Source: Cylindrospermopsis raciborskii Cr2010 (lineage in GTDB: Bacteria; Cyanobacteriota; Cyanobacteriia; Cyanobacteriales; Nostocaceae). Taken from it: 32,000 bases of DNA. The notes under the pieces were generated by a model. That model had not been told where the DNA came from and ran no database searches. It saw only the letters and a program-made list of their open reading frames with translations. The stretch spans positions 360,001-392,000 of the forward strand of contig NZ_CP065936.1 in the NCBI RefSeq assembly GCF_003367075.2, given 5' to 3'. The position numbers and the translations under genes are program-made. Of the stretch, positions 1-10,172 are shown piece after piece (the first letter of the stretch is position 1; each line of letters begins with the position of its first letter).

Positions 1-403
1 CTACTTCTGCTTGATAATTACGACGTTGAGAATAAGAATATTTTTTACTAACTTCCCGCTCATCATCTACAATGGGCGTATTACGTTTAGCTTGTTGAGT
101 AGCAATACTCCTTAACCTAATACTTTCAACTGCAAAAAATACTGTAGAGCCAACCAACAGCAACTGGCCAAATTGCAAAATCGGGTCAAGTCGCCACCCT
201 TGAAAGATAAGAATAAACCCGCACAATAGTCCAACAGCGGCGAAAAATATATCCTGATCCCGTGAAAGTTCGGGACGCACAGTACGTAGGAAATACAGTG
301 CTGCTCCAGCTACTGCTAGAAAAATTCCCAGCACACTAGCTGAATTAGCCCCGAAATTTACCTGAGCTAGAAGACCAGTCCCATTGATCCCAAAATTTAT
401 CAT
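1..403 (-). CDS. ycf66: Ycf66 family protein (partial; 3' end runs off the window)
   Basis: Not in the ORF track. Reverse-strand translation from ATG at 403 gives MINFGINGTGLLAQVNFGANSASVLGIFLAVAGAALYFLRTVRPELSRDQDIFFAAVGLLCGFILIFQGWRLDPILQFGQLLLVGSTVFFAVESIRLRS..., a membrane protein typical of the Ycf66 N-terminus; it is adjacent to psbX. Confidence 0.8.
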   Translation of the reverse strand, partial: MINFGINGTGLLAQVNFGANSASVLGIFLAVAGAALYFLRTVRPELSRDQDIFFAAVGLLCGFILIFQGWRLDPILQFGQLLLVGSTVFFAVESIRLRSIATQQAKRNTPIVDDEREVSKKYSYSQRRNYQAEV

Positions 404-472
404 TGCTCTTTTCCTTGTGATATCAATGACTGATGAGGGTTCATCAGTCATTAGTTAACCTGTCTACATTGT

Positions 473-592
473 CTAATTGCGTTGGACCTTATCTTTTTGG
501 CTGATAAAAATCAAACCTACGGTAGCAGGGATAACTACAATAGCAGTACCCCAAAGTAGACTCCAAAGGAAATTTGCTAAAGAGGGTGTCAT
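473..592 (-). CDS. psbX: Photosystem II reaction center protein PsbX (39 aa)
   Basis: Too short for the ORF track. Reverse-strand translation MTPSLANFLWSLLWGTAIVVIPATVGLIFISQKDKVQRN* matches the single-TM PsbX pattern. Confidence 0.95.
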   Translation of the reverse strand: MTPSLANFLWSLLWGTAIVVIPATVGLIFISQKDKVQRN

Positions 593-681
593 AATTCTTA
601 ACCTGATTTTTTTACACAATTCATCCTGATTTTAGCAAAGAATGAACTCAATTGTGGTACTATTGGATTTAACTAATAGTC

Positions 682-990
682 ATGACTAGTGTTATGAGTG
701 GTGTTGACCTGATCTCCTGGACTGTTGGACCCCTTCTGGGTGTCATGACCTTTTTATTTATTTTCCGGATCATTTTGACTTGGTATCCCCAGGTGAGTCT
801 TAAACAGTTACCGTTTAGTCTAATTGCCTGGCCAACCGAACCTTTTTTGATCCTACTCAGAAGAATTGTACCACCTCTTGGTGGTGTGGATATCACTCCC
901 ATTATTTGGGTAGGTATCTTCAGCTTGGTAAGGGAGTTTTTACTAGGTCAGCAAGGATTACTGACCATGGCGGCACGATTAAATGGGTAG
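682..990 (+). CDS. YggT family integral membrane protein
   Basis: 102-aa ORF with two hydrophobic YggT segments (VGPLLGVMTFLFIFRIILTWYP...WPTEPFLILLRRIVPPLGGVDITPIIWV). Confidence 0.9.
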   Translation: MTSVMSGVDLISWTVGPLLGVMTFLFIFRIILTWYPQVSLKQLPFSLIAWPTEPFLILLRRIVPPLGGVDITPIIWVGIFSLVREFLLGQQGLLTMAARLNG

Positions 991-1006
991 TTACTATCAA
1001 CAACAA

Positions 1007-2353
1007 CTAGGGAAGTTTCATATCCTGTATGAAACTGGTGTAAACCTGACCTTGTAAAAACTGTGGATGTTCCATAATCCTTTGATGAAATCCAATGGTT
1101 GTAGGTAATCCGGTAATTGCACATTCCCTTAGGGCCCGTTTCATACGATTAATAGCTGTATGGCGATCAGGTCCCCAGACGATTAATTTACCAATCAGGG
1201 AATCGTAGTAGGGAGGGATTTGGTAATCTGTGTAAACATGAGAATCAATTCTTACCCCTGGTCCTCCTGGTGGTAAGTAACCACTGATTTTACCAGGTGA
1301 TGGACGAAAGTCATGATCTGGGTCTTCAGCATTGATGCGACATTCGATAGCATGGCCTTGGAGGGTGACCTTATCCTGGTCAAATTTGAGTCTTTCACCT
1401 TGAGCAATACGAATTTGCTCCACCAGAAGATCCACACCGGTGACCATTTCAGTCACTGGGTGTTCTACTTGAATCCGGGTGTTCATTTCCATAAAGTAGA
1501 AATGATCTGACTTATCTAAGAGAAATTCAATGGTTCCAGCACCTGTGTAGTTGATAAACTGTGCTGCTTTTACAGCTGCATGTCCCATTTTTTCACGTAG
1601 ATCTTCATCTAGAGCAGGACTAGGAGCTTCTTCTAATAACTTTTGGTTACGACGCTGAATAGAACAGTCCCTTTCTCCTAAATGGATGACATTACCATAG
1701 TTATCCGCCAGGATTTGAAATTCGATGTGTCGGGGACGTTCGATAAATTTTTCTATATAGACACCAGCATTACCAAAAGCGGCGCCAGCTTCTCCTTGAG
1801 CTGCATGGAACAGCTTAATAAACTCATCTTCACTACGCACAAGACGCATACCCCTTCCACCACCTCCAGCAGTGGCCTTGATCATCACAGGGTAACCTAT
1901 CTGGTGAGCGATCGCCAGTCCTTGGGTTTCAGTTTCCACCAGTCCATCACTACCGGGAACTGTGGGAACTCCAGCCTTTTGCATGGTTTCCTTGGCTGTG
2001 GATTTATCCCCCATTAAGCGAATTGCTTCTGGTGTAGGGCCAATAAATGCAATTTGGTGGTCTGCACAAATCTCCGCGAATCTGGCATTTTCTGCGAGAA
2101 AACCATAACCTGGGTGAATAGCAGTTGCACCCCTGGTTAAGGCTGCTGCAATAATGTTGGGAATATTTAAGTAACTTTTAGCACTAGCTGGTTCACCAAT
2201 ACAAACCGCTTCATCAGCCAATTGAACGTGTAGAGCATTACGGTCAACGGTAGAGTGAATAGCAACTGTGGAAATTCCCATTTCTTCACAGGCCCGGAGA
2301 ATACGAAGGGCTATTTCCCCCCGATTGGCAATTAAAATCTTGTCAAACTTCAT
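1007..2353 (-). CDS. accC: Acetyl-CoA carboxylase biotin carboxylase subunit
   Basis: 448 aa, [26 protein letters not shown]..., ATP-grasp motifs ([42 protein letters not shown]). Confidence 0.98.
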   Translation of the reverse strand: MKFDKILIANRGEIALRILRACEEMGISTVAIHSTVDRNALHVQLADEAVCIGEPASAKSYLNIPNIIAAALTRGATAIHPGYGFLAENARFAEICADHQIAFIGPTPEAIRLMGDKSTAKETMQKAGVPTVPGSDGLVETETQGLAIAHQIGYPVMIKATAGGGGRGMRLVRSEDEFIKLFHAAQGEAGAAFGNAGVYIEKFIERPRHIEFQILADNYGNVIHLGERDCSIQRRNQKLLEEAPSPALDEDLREKMGHAAVKAAQFINYTGAGTIEFLLDKSDHFYFMEMNTRIQVEHPVTEMVTGVDLLVEQIRIAQGERLKFDQDKVTLQGHAIECRINAEDPDHDFRPSPGKISGYLPPGGPGVRIDSHVYTDYQIPPYYDSLIGKLIVWGPDRHTAINRMKRALRECAITGLPTTIGFHQRIMEHPQFLQGQVYTSFIQDMKLP

Positions 2354-2564
2354 TTTTTAGTTACCATATTACTACCAGTGGATTCACATTTTCTCCCATC
2401 TGCTTGAATTGACGCTGTTATATTATATTAATTCCCATGATTTTTATGATCACGGGGAAGAAGAAAATCCCAGAAAATCTTTGCCAGAACTTGTTTACAA
2501 AACTTTTCAAAAAACATTTGCCATTGTCAATTTACTATGCTATAGTTTGTTTCTAGGCAATCGT

Positions 2565-2645
2565 GCGGATGTGGCGGAATTGGTATACGCGCACGCTTGA
2601 GGTGCGTGTGGCATTGCCTTGCGAGTTCGAGTCTCGCCATCCGCA
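2565..2645 (+). tRNA. tRNA-Leu (anticodon GAG)
   Basis: 81-nt cloverleaf: acceptor GCGGATG/CATCCGC, anticodon stem CACGC/GCGTG with loop TTGAGGT (GAG), extended variable region, T-arm GCGAGTTCGAGTCTCGC, discriminator A. No encoded CCA seen. Confidence 0.93.
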
Positions 2646-2655
2646 TAATGCCCTG

Positions 2656-3285
2656 TTAAAGTTGATTGATTCGAGAAAATAAAAGAGCCACCTTGTCTAG
2701 ATCTTTGTCCCCAGGCGATCGCTCTACTCCACTAGAGAGGTCAATACCATCTGGGTGGATTTGAGTAAGGGCGGTAAGAACATTATCTGGAGTCAATCCT
2801 CCCGCCAAAAACCAGGGAAGGGCGGGGCGGAAGGATTGTAGGACTTGCCAATCCAAAGTTTTGCCTGTTCCTCCCAACTGTTGGGGATGATAAGCATCCA
2901 ATAGAAATGTGTCCACACCACTGGTGTAGTTGAGGGTGGTTTCTAGCTGTTCCCAGCTCCTTACCCTAAAGGCTTTAATTAGTTCTATGTTAGGCAGGAC
3001 TTGACGTAGTTCCTCACAGAACAGTGGTGTTTCGTCCCCATGTAATTGTACACCGGTTAAACTTGATGAACTGACCACTTTGGTAATTTCAAAAATGGTA
3101 CTGTTTGCGAACACACCAATTTTATCAATATGGTCAGGTATATGGGAAGTAGCTAGGTTAATCTGTTCTATACTGACATAGCGGGGTGAACTAGGTACAC
3201 AAATAAAACCTAAAGCAGTTGCACCCAGTTGGGTAATTGCCAAAGATTGTTGTGGTTGAGTGATACCGCAAATTTTAATTCGCAT
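2656..3285 (-). CDS. trpF: Phosphoribosylanthranilate isomerase
   Basis: 209 aa, [28 protein letters not shown]..., [28 protein letters not shown] motifs. Confidence 0.97.
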   Translation of the reverse strand: MRIKICGITQPQQSLAITQLGATALGFICVPSSPRYVSIEQINLATSHIPDHIDKIGVFANSTIFEITKVVSSSSLTGVQLHGDETPLFCEELRQVLPNIELIKAFRVRSWEQLETTLNYTSGVDTFLLDAYHPQQLGGTGKTLDWQVLQSFRPALPWFLAGGLTPDNVLTALTQIHPDGIDLSSGVERSPGDKDLDKVALLFSRINQL

Positions 3286-3297
3286 TGAAATAGTAAA

Positions 3298-4680
3298 TTA
3301 TATAGTGCGGGAGAATTTAGACTCCTTCATTTTACTATAAGCGTCAAAGTGACAAGCAATATTTCTCACTAACAATCTACCAATATCCGTGACTTGTATT
3401 TCATCAGCGAATAAATTTACCAGTCCATCCCTTTCTAGACGTCCTAATTCTAGGAGTTCCTCATGGAAATACTGATCAAAATTGATGTGATATTTAGCTT
3501 CAATCTCCAACTTGCGTAGACAGAAATGAGACATAATAGACATAATTACATCCCGTCTGATCATATCATCTGGAGTTAATTGAATTCCCTTACTGATGGG
3601 AACTGCGCCCATTTCCACAGATTGATAGTAATGCTTCAAATCCTTATAGTTTTGAGAATATGCATTATCTAGCATACTGATAGCAGTGATGCCAAAACCA
3701 AACAGTTCAGTTTCTGCATGGGTGGTATAACCTTGGAAGTTTCGTTTTAAAGTACCATTAACCTGAGCGATCGCCAATTCATCATTATGCTTAGCAAAAT
3801 GGTCCATACCAATAAACAGATATTGGTGACTAGTCAACTGCTCAATAGTCATTTTCATGATGTCTAGTTTTTCTTGAGCGGTGGGTAGAGTAGTAGGGTC
3901 AATTTTTTTTTGCACTGGTTTCATCCAGGGGACATAGGCAAAATTAAAGACAACAATTCTGTCTGGGTCAAGAGCAATGGTTTTGGTGAGGGTTTCTTGG
4001 AAACCTTGTAAATTTTGGTAAGGTAAACCATAAATTAAATCCACATTCACACTAGAAAAATTGGCTTGTTTAATCCAGTCCATAGCATCAAACAGCATTT
4101 TTTCTGGTTGAATTCGGTTAACTGCTAGTTGTACTTGGGGGTCAAAGTCTTGGATACCAAAGCTAATGCGATTAAAGCCAATACTTCGCAGAGAGTTAAT
4201 ATAGTCTCTATTGATATAACGGGGGTTAATTTCAATAGAAACTTCCGCATTTGCATCAACAGAGAAATAGCGATTAATAGTTTCCCATAGAAATTCGACT
4301 TGACGTATTTCCAGATAATTGGGAGTACCTCCACCCCAGTGAATTTGAAGAACAGGGCGACTTGTATCAATAAGACGAGAAGTGTTTTTTATTTCCTGAG
4401 CTAAATTATTCACATAAGGTTCAGCAATCTTCTTGTTATGAGAGATGACCGTATTACAACCGCAAAAATAGCAAGGAGTTTGACAGAAAGGAATGTGGAA
4501 ATATAAAGACAGGGGGGTATGACGGTGATTAGAATGAGAAATAGCCATTTCCCAGTCTTGAGTTGTAAATGTTTCAGATAATTCTGTAGCGGGTGGATAA
4601 CTAGTGTATCTAGGAGCGCGAGTGTCATATTTTTGAATCAAGTCCAAATCAAATTTGACACCTGGTAAAACGAAAACCAT
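3298..4680 (-). CDS. hemN: Oxygen-independent coproporphyrinogen III oxidase (radical SAM)
   Basis: 460 aa with radical SAM motif HIPFCQTPCYFCGC, GGGTPNYL and the HemN-type N-terminus YDTRAPRYTSYPPATELSE. Confidence 0.96.
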   Translation of the reverse strand: MVFVLPGVKFDLDLIQKYDTRAPRYTSYPPATELSETFTTQDWEMAISHSNHRHTPLSLYFHIPFCQTPCYFCGCNTVISHNKKIAEPYVNNLAQEIKNTSRLIDTSRPVLQIHWGGGTPNYLEIRQVEFLWETINRYFSVDANAEVSIEINPRYINRDYINSLRSIGFNRISFGIQDFDPQVQLAVNRIQPEKMLFDAMDWIKQANFSSVNVDLIYGLPYQNLQGFQETLTKTIALDPDRIVVFNFAYVPWMKPVQKKIDPTTLPTAQEKLDIMKMTIEQLTSHQYLFIGMDHFAKHNDELAIAQVNGTLKRNFQGYTTHAETELFGFGITAISMLDNAYSQNYKDLKHYYQSVEMGAVPISKGIQLTPDDMIRRDVIMSIMSHFCLRKLEIEAKYHINFDQYFHEELLELGRLERDGLVNLFADEIQVTDIGRLLVRNIACHFDAYSKMKESKFSRTI

Positions 4681-4738
4681 AAAAACCTCTGAATTATTCT
4701 TGCGTGGGAGAAGGATTTACGCATAAGTTAAGGGTTGC

Positions 4739-4834
4739 TAATTGGGTGAGTGGAATTAAACATGAACTTAGGTTGGGTTGAGGAACGAAACCCAACGCCA
4801 ACCCATCCTACAAATAATTGTGCCTCCCTACTTA
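4739..4834. repeat. Solitary copy of a dispersed small element with terminal inverted repeats
   Basis: taattgggtgagtggaattaaacatgaacttaggttgggttgaggaacgaaacccaacgccaacccatcctacaaataattgtgcctccctactta. Ends resemble TAAGTrGG(y)GAG / CTCCCTACTTA; shares its left end, TTGGGTT...AACCCAA hairpin and right end with copies at ~27.95 and ~30.23 kb. Confidence 0.75.
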
Positions 4835-4836
4835 GA

Positions 4837-5511
4837 TCAAACTAGCTGATTATAGTTAGCTTGACCCAACTTGGTCATTAATATAGGTTCCAACTCTTTC
4901 ACTATCTCCATATTGAGATAGAAAGCATAATTAGCTTCAGCGACAATTTGATCAGCAGTTGTCTCATCCACCGGTACAAGATCTAATGCTTGGCGATACT
5001 GGTTTTTAAAAACCTGTTTATCGGGAATTTGCTCGAAATTATAAAACTCAGTTCCCTCATAACCAGAGAGTTGTAAAGCTGACTGAGCAATTTTCTGCAA
5101 CATTTGTCCACCGGAAAGATCACCCATATAACGGGTATAGGCATGACCTAATAGTAGAGCAGGTTGATGGGTAGAAAGTTGTTGCAGACGAGCAACATAT
5201 TTTTGAGTAGCTAAGGATGGTTTTAGGTAACTAGGCCAGAGATCACCATAATAAAATAACATATCTTTTTCTAAGGATGGAAGACGATTTAGTTGGGGAA
5301 AATACATTACCTTAATTACAGGATGTTGTTGATGTTTAGCAATTGCAGCTTCTAGTTCACCGTAGACAAAATACAGATTGCCCAAAAATTTTCCCAAACA
5401 TTCTTTGTCTACAATCCCCTTGACGAAACACTTCATAAAACCCACGTTTTCTGCATCCGTATGAGCTTTTTGAGTACCGGAGCGAAGTTTTACCGCTAAG
5501 TTATTGCCCAT
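4837..5511 (-). CDS. Heme oxygenase (biliverdin-producing)
   Basis: Start chosen at MGNNLAVKLRSGTQKAHTDAENVGFMKCF (track ORF extends to 5592). GHAYTRYMGDLSGGQML is the heme oxygenase signature. Confidence 0.95.
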   Translation of the reverse strand: MGNNLAVKLRSGTQKAHTDAENVGFMKCFVKGIVDKECLGKFLGNLYFVYGELEAAIAKHQQHPVIKVMYFPQLNRLPSLEKDMLFYYGDLWPSYLKPSLATQKYVARLQQLSTHQPALLLGHAYTRYMGDLSGGQMLQKIAQSALQLSGYEGTEFYNFEQIPDKQVFKNQYRQALDLVPVDETTADQIVAEANYAFYLNMEIVKELEPILMTKLGQANYNQLV

Positions 5512-5685
5512 TAGTTTTTCCCTCCAATTTTTGTGCACTAAGAGAGATGAATGGTCTTGCTTGGTTGGAAGCACATCTTTAATAGTCATCATAAAATATT
5601 TAACTATGAAACTTCTTGATTAGTTTAAAGATATTCATATTTCTTTAGAGTTTATTCCATAGCATTTCCTCATTTTGTAGTTTAA

Positions 5686-6255
5686 CTACAGTCGCTCCAT
5701 CACCTTAGCAGCACAGGGAGAACAAATAGTCCAGCGTTCCAGTTCCCCTGGTGGGGATGGACACTGACATTGGGGACACAAAGGTAAATGACTATCCTGG
5801 ACTTGTTTAGTCCTGAACCAGTTTTCAAAAACCATTTTAACTGAAACCACTGGTTGAGCAATTTGACTAGTATAATTAATATTATTGCTCTGTGCTAAAT
5901 AGCTGGGATGTTCTTGTCCACAGACAGTTTCTTGTGTTTGGTTTTGTGCTATTTCATTCCATTGTGCAGTTGAGAATCGAATATCTGTTAAAGCAGGAAT
6001 TTGCAATTGGCTTAACCGCTGATTTAACTTCAATAGGATGGCATAGCGTCCAAAAGTTAAATTTTGTGACCAAGCAGCACTGGAAGTTGCTACCCACAAA
6101 ACATGACGCCGTATGGACAGGGGACGAGTTTCCCGAGAGACTTTCACACCAACAACCTCCGGCCAAAAATTAAGTAACTTGAGCAAAGGTTCTTCTTGAC
6201 ACCTGGACTCTATTTGGAGAATCCCTAGAATTTGATTAACGGATTTTAACGACAT
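5686..6255 (-). CDS. DUF721 (DciA-like) protein with C-terminal Cys4 motif
   Basis: 189 aa; FWPEVVGVKVSRETRPLSIRRHVLWVATSSAAWSQNLTF resembles the DUF721 core; C-terminal CPQCQCPSPPGELERWTICSPC. Confidence 0.8.
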   Translation of the reverse strand: MSLKSVNQILGILQIESRCQEEPLLKLLNFWPEVVGVKVSRETRPLSIRRHVLWVATSSAAWSQNLTFGRYAILLKLNQRLSQLQIPALTDIRFSTAQWNEIAQNQTQETVCGQEHPSYLAQSNNINYTSQIAQPVVSVKMVFENWFRTKQVQDSHLPLCPQCQCPSPPGELERWTICSPCAAKVMERL

Positions 6256-6380
6256 CTAGAATTAAAGATCTTGCTTTATGATTTTTGACGATTTTTTTGC
6301 CCGTTTTACTGATACAGTTGACTATACGGTACAAATCCCAGTGTAAATTTCATAATCTAAATTTCAAGGTGTGGTGTCGA

Positions 6381-7577
6381 ATGAGTCAGAATACCAGAAT
6401 CAATTCTCATAACCCATTCCCCAAGACTTCCAGGCTTAATCCCATCCTGGCCACAGCACTCAAAAACTTGGAGGTGCGACTAGATGAGGAATTGGTTAGA
6501 TACAGACGCACCCGTTATAGTGCTCGACCGGTTGATGATAAATATATCACCTCCAATAGTGTAGAGTTAAAAGTCCCATCCGGGGAAGAGGGTGATCCTT
6601 TATCAAATCGTTTTTCCCCAGACTCCACCCTAGTTTATTCTCAAGGTGGGAGTTATACGGACACAACCACAAGCTTTCCACCAGAACAAGAAATTTTCGA
6701 TTCCCCATCTTTGGAGGAAGAATCAGCCTTCCAAGCTCCACCAAAAAAGTTAAACAAAAAGAATTTCAATAAAAACAATAAAAAGAAGTCTAATCGCACT
6801 AAGGGTGGGTTGCTCTCACCCTTGGGTGTTTTTTCTATTTTTCTCATGCTCTTGACCAGCTTAGGTTTCGGTTATGTGCTATTTAATTTACGTAGTCTTT
6901 CTAAATTGAGTTTAAGTAAGTTTAACCCATTTAACACTAATCCAGAGATTTCCAGCTCTAACACCTCTGAGAATACAAACAGTCCTGCAGTGAACAATCA
7001 GTCTTCAATTGGTTCACAATCACTTACTTCTGTTCCTCAACTTCCTAGGGTGTCCCAGAGAAAAAGTGCAAACAATGGTCAATTACCATCCCCGAGCCAA
7101 CCTGATTCCCCAGTCAACCAGGTTTCTGGCGTGAAAACCCCTCCAAAATCCACTAATCTTCCTGTTTCTCTCCAATCTAGGTCTATTAGAAATTCTACCC
7201 GCCAAAATACATCCTCTCGATCTGGCTTAGGAGTTTCATCTAGTAATCCATCCACCCCCCGATCCAATACCCAATTTGCTAGTATTGGTGAGGGAAGAAT
7301 TAAACGACGAATCAAACAGGAAGTCCCCAGGCAAAACTTACAGCTAGGAGAGGGTTCTAATGCAGCAGCACAAGCGGTCAATAATCCCTATTATTATCTG
7401 ATAACCGATAATGAGAGTGATACTATCTTGAGTGCAGCTAAGGAGGTTGTCCCCGATGCTTATTTGTCACCTAATCAAAAGTACATCTATCTGGGCGCAT
7501 TCCTAACTCCAGAGGAAGCAAAACAAAGGTTACAGCAACTAGAGGCTAGGGGAATTAAGGCTCGCTTACGAAATTAA
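6381..7577 (+). CDS. Membrane-anchored protein with SPOR-like C-terminus
   Basis: Start chosen at MSQNTRINSHNPFPKTSRLNP. Basic and low-complexity regions, one TM helix (GVFSIFLMLLTSLGFGYVLFNL), Ser/Asn/Pro-rich linker, C-terminal YYYLITDNESDTILSAAKEVVPDAYLSPNQKYIYLGAFLTPEEAKQRLQQLEARGIKARL. Confidence 0.7.
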   Translation: MSQNTRINSHNPFPKTSRLNPILATALKNLEVRLDEELVRYRRTRYSARPVDDKYITSNSVELKVPSGEEGDPLSNRFSPDSTLVYSQGGSYTDTTTSFPPEQEIFDSPSLEEESAFQAPPKKLNKKNFNKNNKKKSNRTKGGLLSPLGVFSIFLMLLTSLGFGYVLFNLRSLSKLSLSKFNPFNTNPEISSSNTSENTNSPAVNNQSSIGSQSLTSVPQLPRVSQRKSANNGQLPSPSQPDSPVNQVSGVKTPPKSTNLPVSLQSRSIRNSTRQNTSSRSGLGVSSSNPSTPRSNTQFASIGEGRIKRRIKQEVPRQNLQLGEGSNAAAQAVNNPYYYLITDNESDTILSAAKEVVPDAYLSPNQKYIYLGAFLTPEEAKQRLQQLEARGIKARLRN

Positions 7578-7709
7578 TCTTTTCTCCCTTACTGGAGTTA
7601 CGTTGATATTCGTTTTTACACAAGCTCTTGACCTCAATAAAGCAGCTTTGTAAACTTGTTGATCAAGCTATTGTCTTCCAAATAAAAAACACACAAGCAG
7701 GAAAAAATT

Positions 7710-8498
7710 ATGGGATTATTTGATAGGTTAAAAAGAGTAGTTAGTGCCAATCTGAATGATTTAGTCAATAAAGCGGAAGATCCAGAAAAAATGCTGGAAC
7801 AGGCCGTCTTGGAAATGCAGGAAGACCTGGTGGAACTTCGTCAAGGGGTGGCACAAGCTATTGCTGCCCAAAAACGCACGGAAAAGCAATATAATGATGC
7901 TGTTAGTGAAGTGAATAAGTGGCAGCGCAATGCCCAGTTGGCTGTACAAAAAGGAGATGAGAACCTGGCACGTCAGGCTTTAGAAAGGAAGAAAAGTGCT
8001 AATGAAACCTCTATAGCTCTCAAAACTAGTTTAGACCAGCAGACTAATCAGGTAGACACTCTTAAAAAAAACCTGATCCAATTGGAAAGCAAAATTGCTG
8101 AGTACAAAAACAAAAAGGACATGCTCAGGGCGCGGATTACTGCCGCTAAAGCTCAAGAACAGATTGGCTCGATGGTTACTAATATGAATAGTAATAGTGC
8201 TATGGCTGCTTTTGAGCGAATGGAAGAGAAAGTTCTCATGCAAGAGGCTCGTGCCCAGTCTACAGCAGAATTAGTGGGTGCGGATTTAGATAGTCAATTT
8301 GCTCGTCTGGAAGGTAGTAGTGATATTGATGATGAATTGGCAGCTTTGAAAGCCAGTATACTATCACCAGCTCCTACACCTAAAGGAGAATTACCTCCTG
8401 CTGAATCTAGCAGTAGTTCCCAAAAGGATCAAAGCAAATCCGCTGAACCCGTAGATGCTGAATTGGAAGAGCTGAGAAAACAACTGGATAAATTATAA
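7710..8498 (+). CDS. vipp1: PspA/IM30 family protein, Vipp1-like
   Basis: 262 aa, MGLFDRLKRVVSANLNDLVNKAEDPEKMLEQAVLEMQEDLVELRQGVAQAIA... and a C-terminal extension ending EELRKQLDKL, as expected for Vipp1 rather than plain PspA. Confidence 0.93.
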   Translation: MGLFDRLKRVVSANLNDLVNKAEDPEKMLEQAVLEMQEDLVELRQGVAQAIAAQKRTEKQYNDAVSEVNKWQRNAQLAVQKGDENLARQALERKKSANETSIALKTSLDQQTNQVDTLKKNLIQLESKIAEYKNKKDMLRARITAAKAQEQIGSMVTNMNSNSAMAAFERMEEKVLMQEARAQSTAELVGADLDSQFARLEGSSDIDDELAALKASILSPAPTPKGELPPAESSSSSQKDQSKSAEPVDAELEELRKQLDKL

Positions 8499-8601
8499 TT
8501 GACATAATTGACTTTCCCCATCTGACTTTTCGGGTAGTAATGACCAGTTTAGAGTAAACTGGTCCGTAGGTTAACTTGTAAATAATGGCATGGAGAACTT
8601 T

Positions 8602-8934
8602 ATGAGTAAGGGTGTAATAACTATCACTGATGCTGAATTTGCATCGGAGGTTCTAGCTGCTGATCAGCCAGTATTAGTCTACTTTTGGGCTCCCTGGTGT
8701 GGTCCTTGTAAATTGATGACTGGATTGATGAATCTAGCTGCGGAAAAATATAGCGATCGCCTGAAAATTGTCAAGATGGAGGTGGATCCAAATCCGGATA
8801 GCGTCAAAACCTATCAGGTAGAAGGTGTACCTGCATTGAGACTGATTGCATCTAAAAAATTAAAAGCTTCTACGGAGGGGGTGATCGGGAAGGAAAAACT
8901 TCTTGGTTGGTTGAATAAGAATTTAGATAATTAA
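8602..8934 (+). CDS. Thioredoxin family protein
   Basis: Active-site motif FWAPWCGPCK, cis-Pro region VEGVPALRL. Start probably MSKGVITITD. Confidence 0.93.
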   Translation: MSKGVITITDAEFASEVLAADQPVLVYFWAPWCGPCKLMTGLMNLAAEKYSDRLKIVKMEVDPNPDSVKTYQVEGVPALRLIASKKLKASTEGVIGKEKLLGWLNKNLDN

Positions 8935-8969
8935 CCGCTCCGTTGTTTTTTGTTAGTTCGGTTATTGCC

Positions 8970-10172
8970 ATGTCCAAAAATAAAATCCGATTTGCACAAC
9001 GTTTACAACCTTTACAGTCTAATGTATTTTCGGATATGGATACAGCTAAGTCTTTAGCTATAGCTGCGGGACAAAAGTTAATTGATTTATCCCTAGGATC
9101 TTCTGATTTACCAGCAGAAAATCATGTGATCCAGGCGATCGCCCAGTCCCTGCATGATCCTGGAACTCACGGTTATTTACTGTTTAAAGGTACTCAAAGA
9201 TTCCGTCAAGTAGCAGCTGAGTGGTATGAACAGAAGTTTGGTATTCCCATAGACCCAGAAACAGAGGTTTTACCATTAATTGGCTCCCAGGAAGGAACTG
9301 CGCATTTACCCCTAGCAATTCTTAATCCTGGAGATTTTGCCCTATTGTTGGATCCGGGTTATCCTTCCCACGCGGGTGGAGTGTATTTAGCTAGTGGGCA
9401 AATCTATCCCATACCATTAACGCCAACAAATAACTTTTTACCCGTACTAACTGATATTCCCCCAGCAATTGTCAGTCAGTCTAAAATGATGGTTCTAAGT
9501 TATCCTCACAATCCCACAGGTGCGATCGCCCCTTTATCCTTTTTTAAGGAGGCTGTGGAATTTTGTCAACAGCATAATATTGTCCTAGTACATGATTTTC
9601 CCTATGTGGATTTAGTCTTTACCCAGGGAGAAACAAATGATTCCCAATCTTTAGCTCCTTCAATTTTCCAAGCAGATCCAGAGAAAACCATCAGTATAGA
9701 ATTCTTTACCTTATCTAAATCCTATAGTATGGGTGGTTTCCGCATTGGTTATGCCATTGGAAATGCTCAATTAATTCAAGCTTTAAAGCAAATAAAGTCG
9801 AGTATAGATTTCAATCAATATTTAGGCATTTTAAATGGAGCGATCGCCGCCTTAACTGGTGACCAAGAAAGTGTTAAAAAAACGGTTGACATTTTTCGGC
9901 AAAGGCGAGATGGATTTATCAAAAGTCTACATAATAAGGGCTGGGAAGTAGAGATTCCAAAAGCCACCATGTATATTTGGGCAAAACTACCTAACAGATG
10001 GAGTAACAATTCAATTAAATTTTGTACGGAATTAGTACAAGCAACAGGGGTAGCTGTTGCTCCTGGGGTAGGGTTTGGTCGAGGTGGGGAAGGATATGTA
10101 CGTTTTGCATTAGTGCAAGAAATGGATATATTGGAGAATGCAGTAGAGAAGATTGCCAACTTTTTAATGTAG
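8970..10172 (+). CDS. PLP-dependent class I/II aminotransferase (LL-diaminopimelate/aspartate aminotransferase-like)
   Basis: Start at MSKNKIRFAQRLQPL. SYPHNPTGA, HDFPYVDLVF, TLSKSYSMGGFRIGYAIG (PLP lysine) motifs. Confidence 0.9.
   Translation: MSKNKIRFAQRLQPLQSNVFSDMDTAKSLAIAAGQKLIDLSLGSSDLPAENHVIQAIAQSLHDPGTHGYLLFKGTQRFRQVAAEWYEQKFGIPIDPETEVLPLIGSQEGTAHLPLAILNPGDFALLLDPGYPSHAGGVYLASGQIYPIPLTPTNNFLPVLTDIPPAIVSQSKMMVLSYPHNPTGAIAPLSFFKEAVEFCQQHNIVLVHDFPYVDLVFTQGETNDSQSLAPSIFQADPEKTISIEFFTLSKSYSMGGFRIGYAIGNAQLIQALKQIKSSIDFNQYLGILNGAIAALTGDQESVKKTVDIFRQRRDGFIKSLHNKGWEVEIPKATMYIWAKLPNRWSNNSIKFCTELVQATGVAVAPGVGFGRGGEGYVRFALVQEMDILENAVEKIANFLM

Noticed and set aside
1252-2017. Plus-strand ORFs opposite accC (1313..1510, 1682..2017)
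   Set aside because: Antisense shadows of a strongly supported conserved gene, with low-complexity or unrecognisable products.
2409-2600. 63-aa plus-strand ORF ending RADVAELVYAHA
   Set aside because: Its C-terminus is translation of the 5' half of the tRNA-Leu gene, a classic spurious ORF signature.
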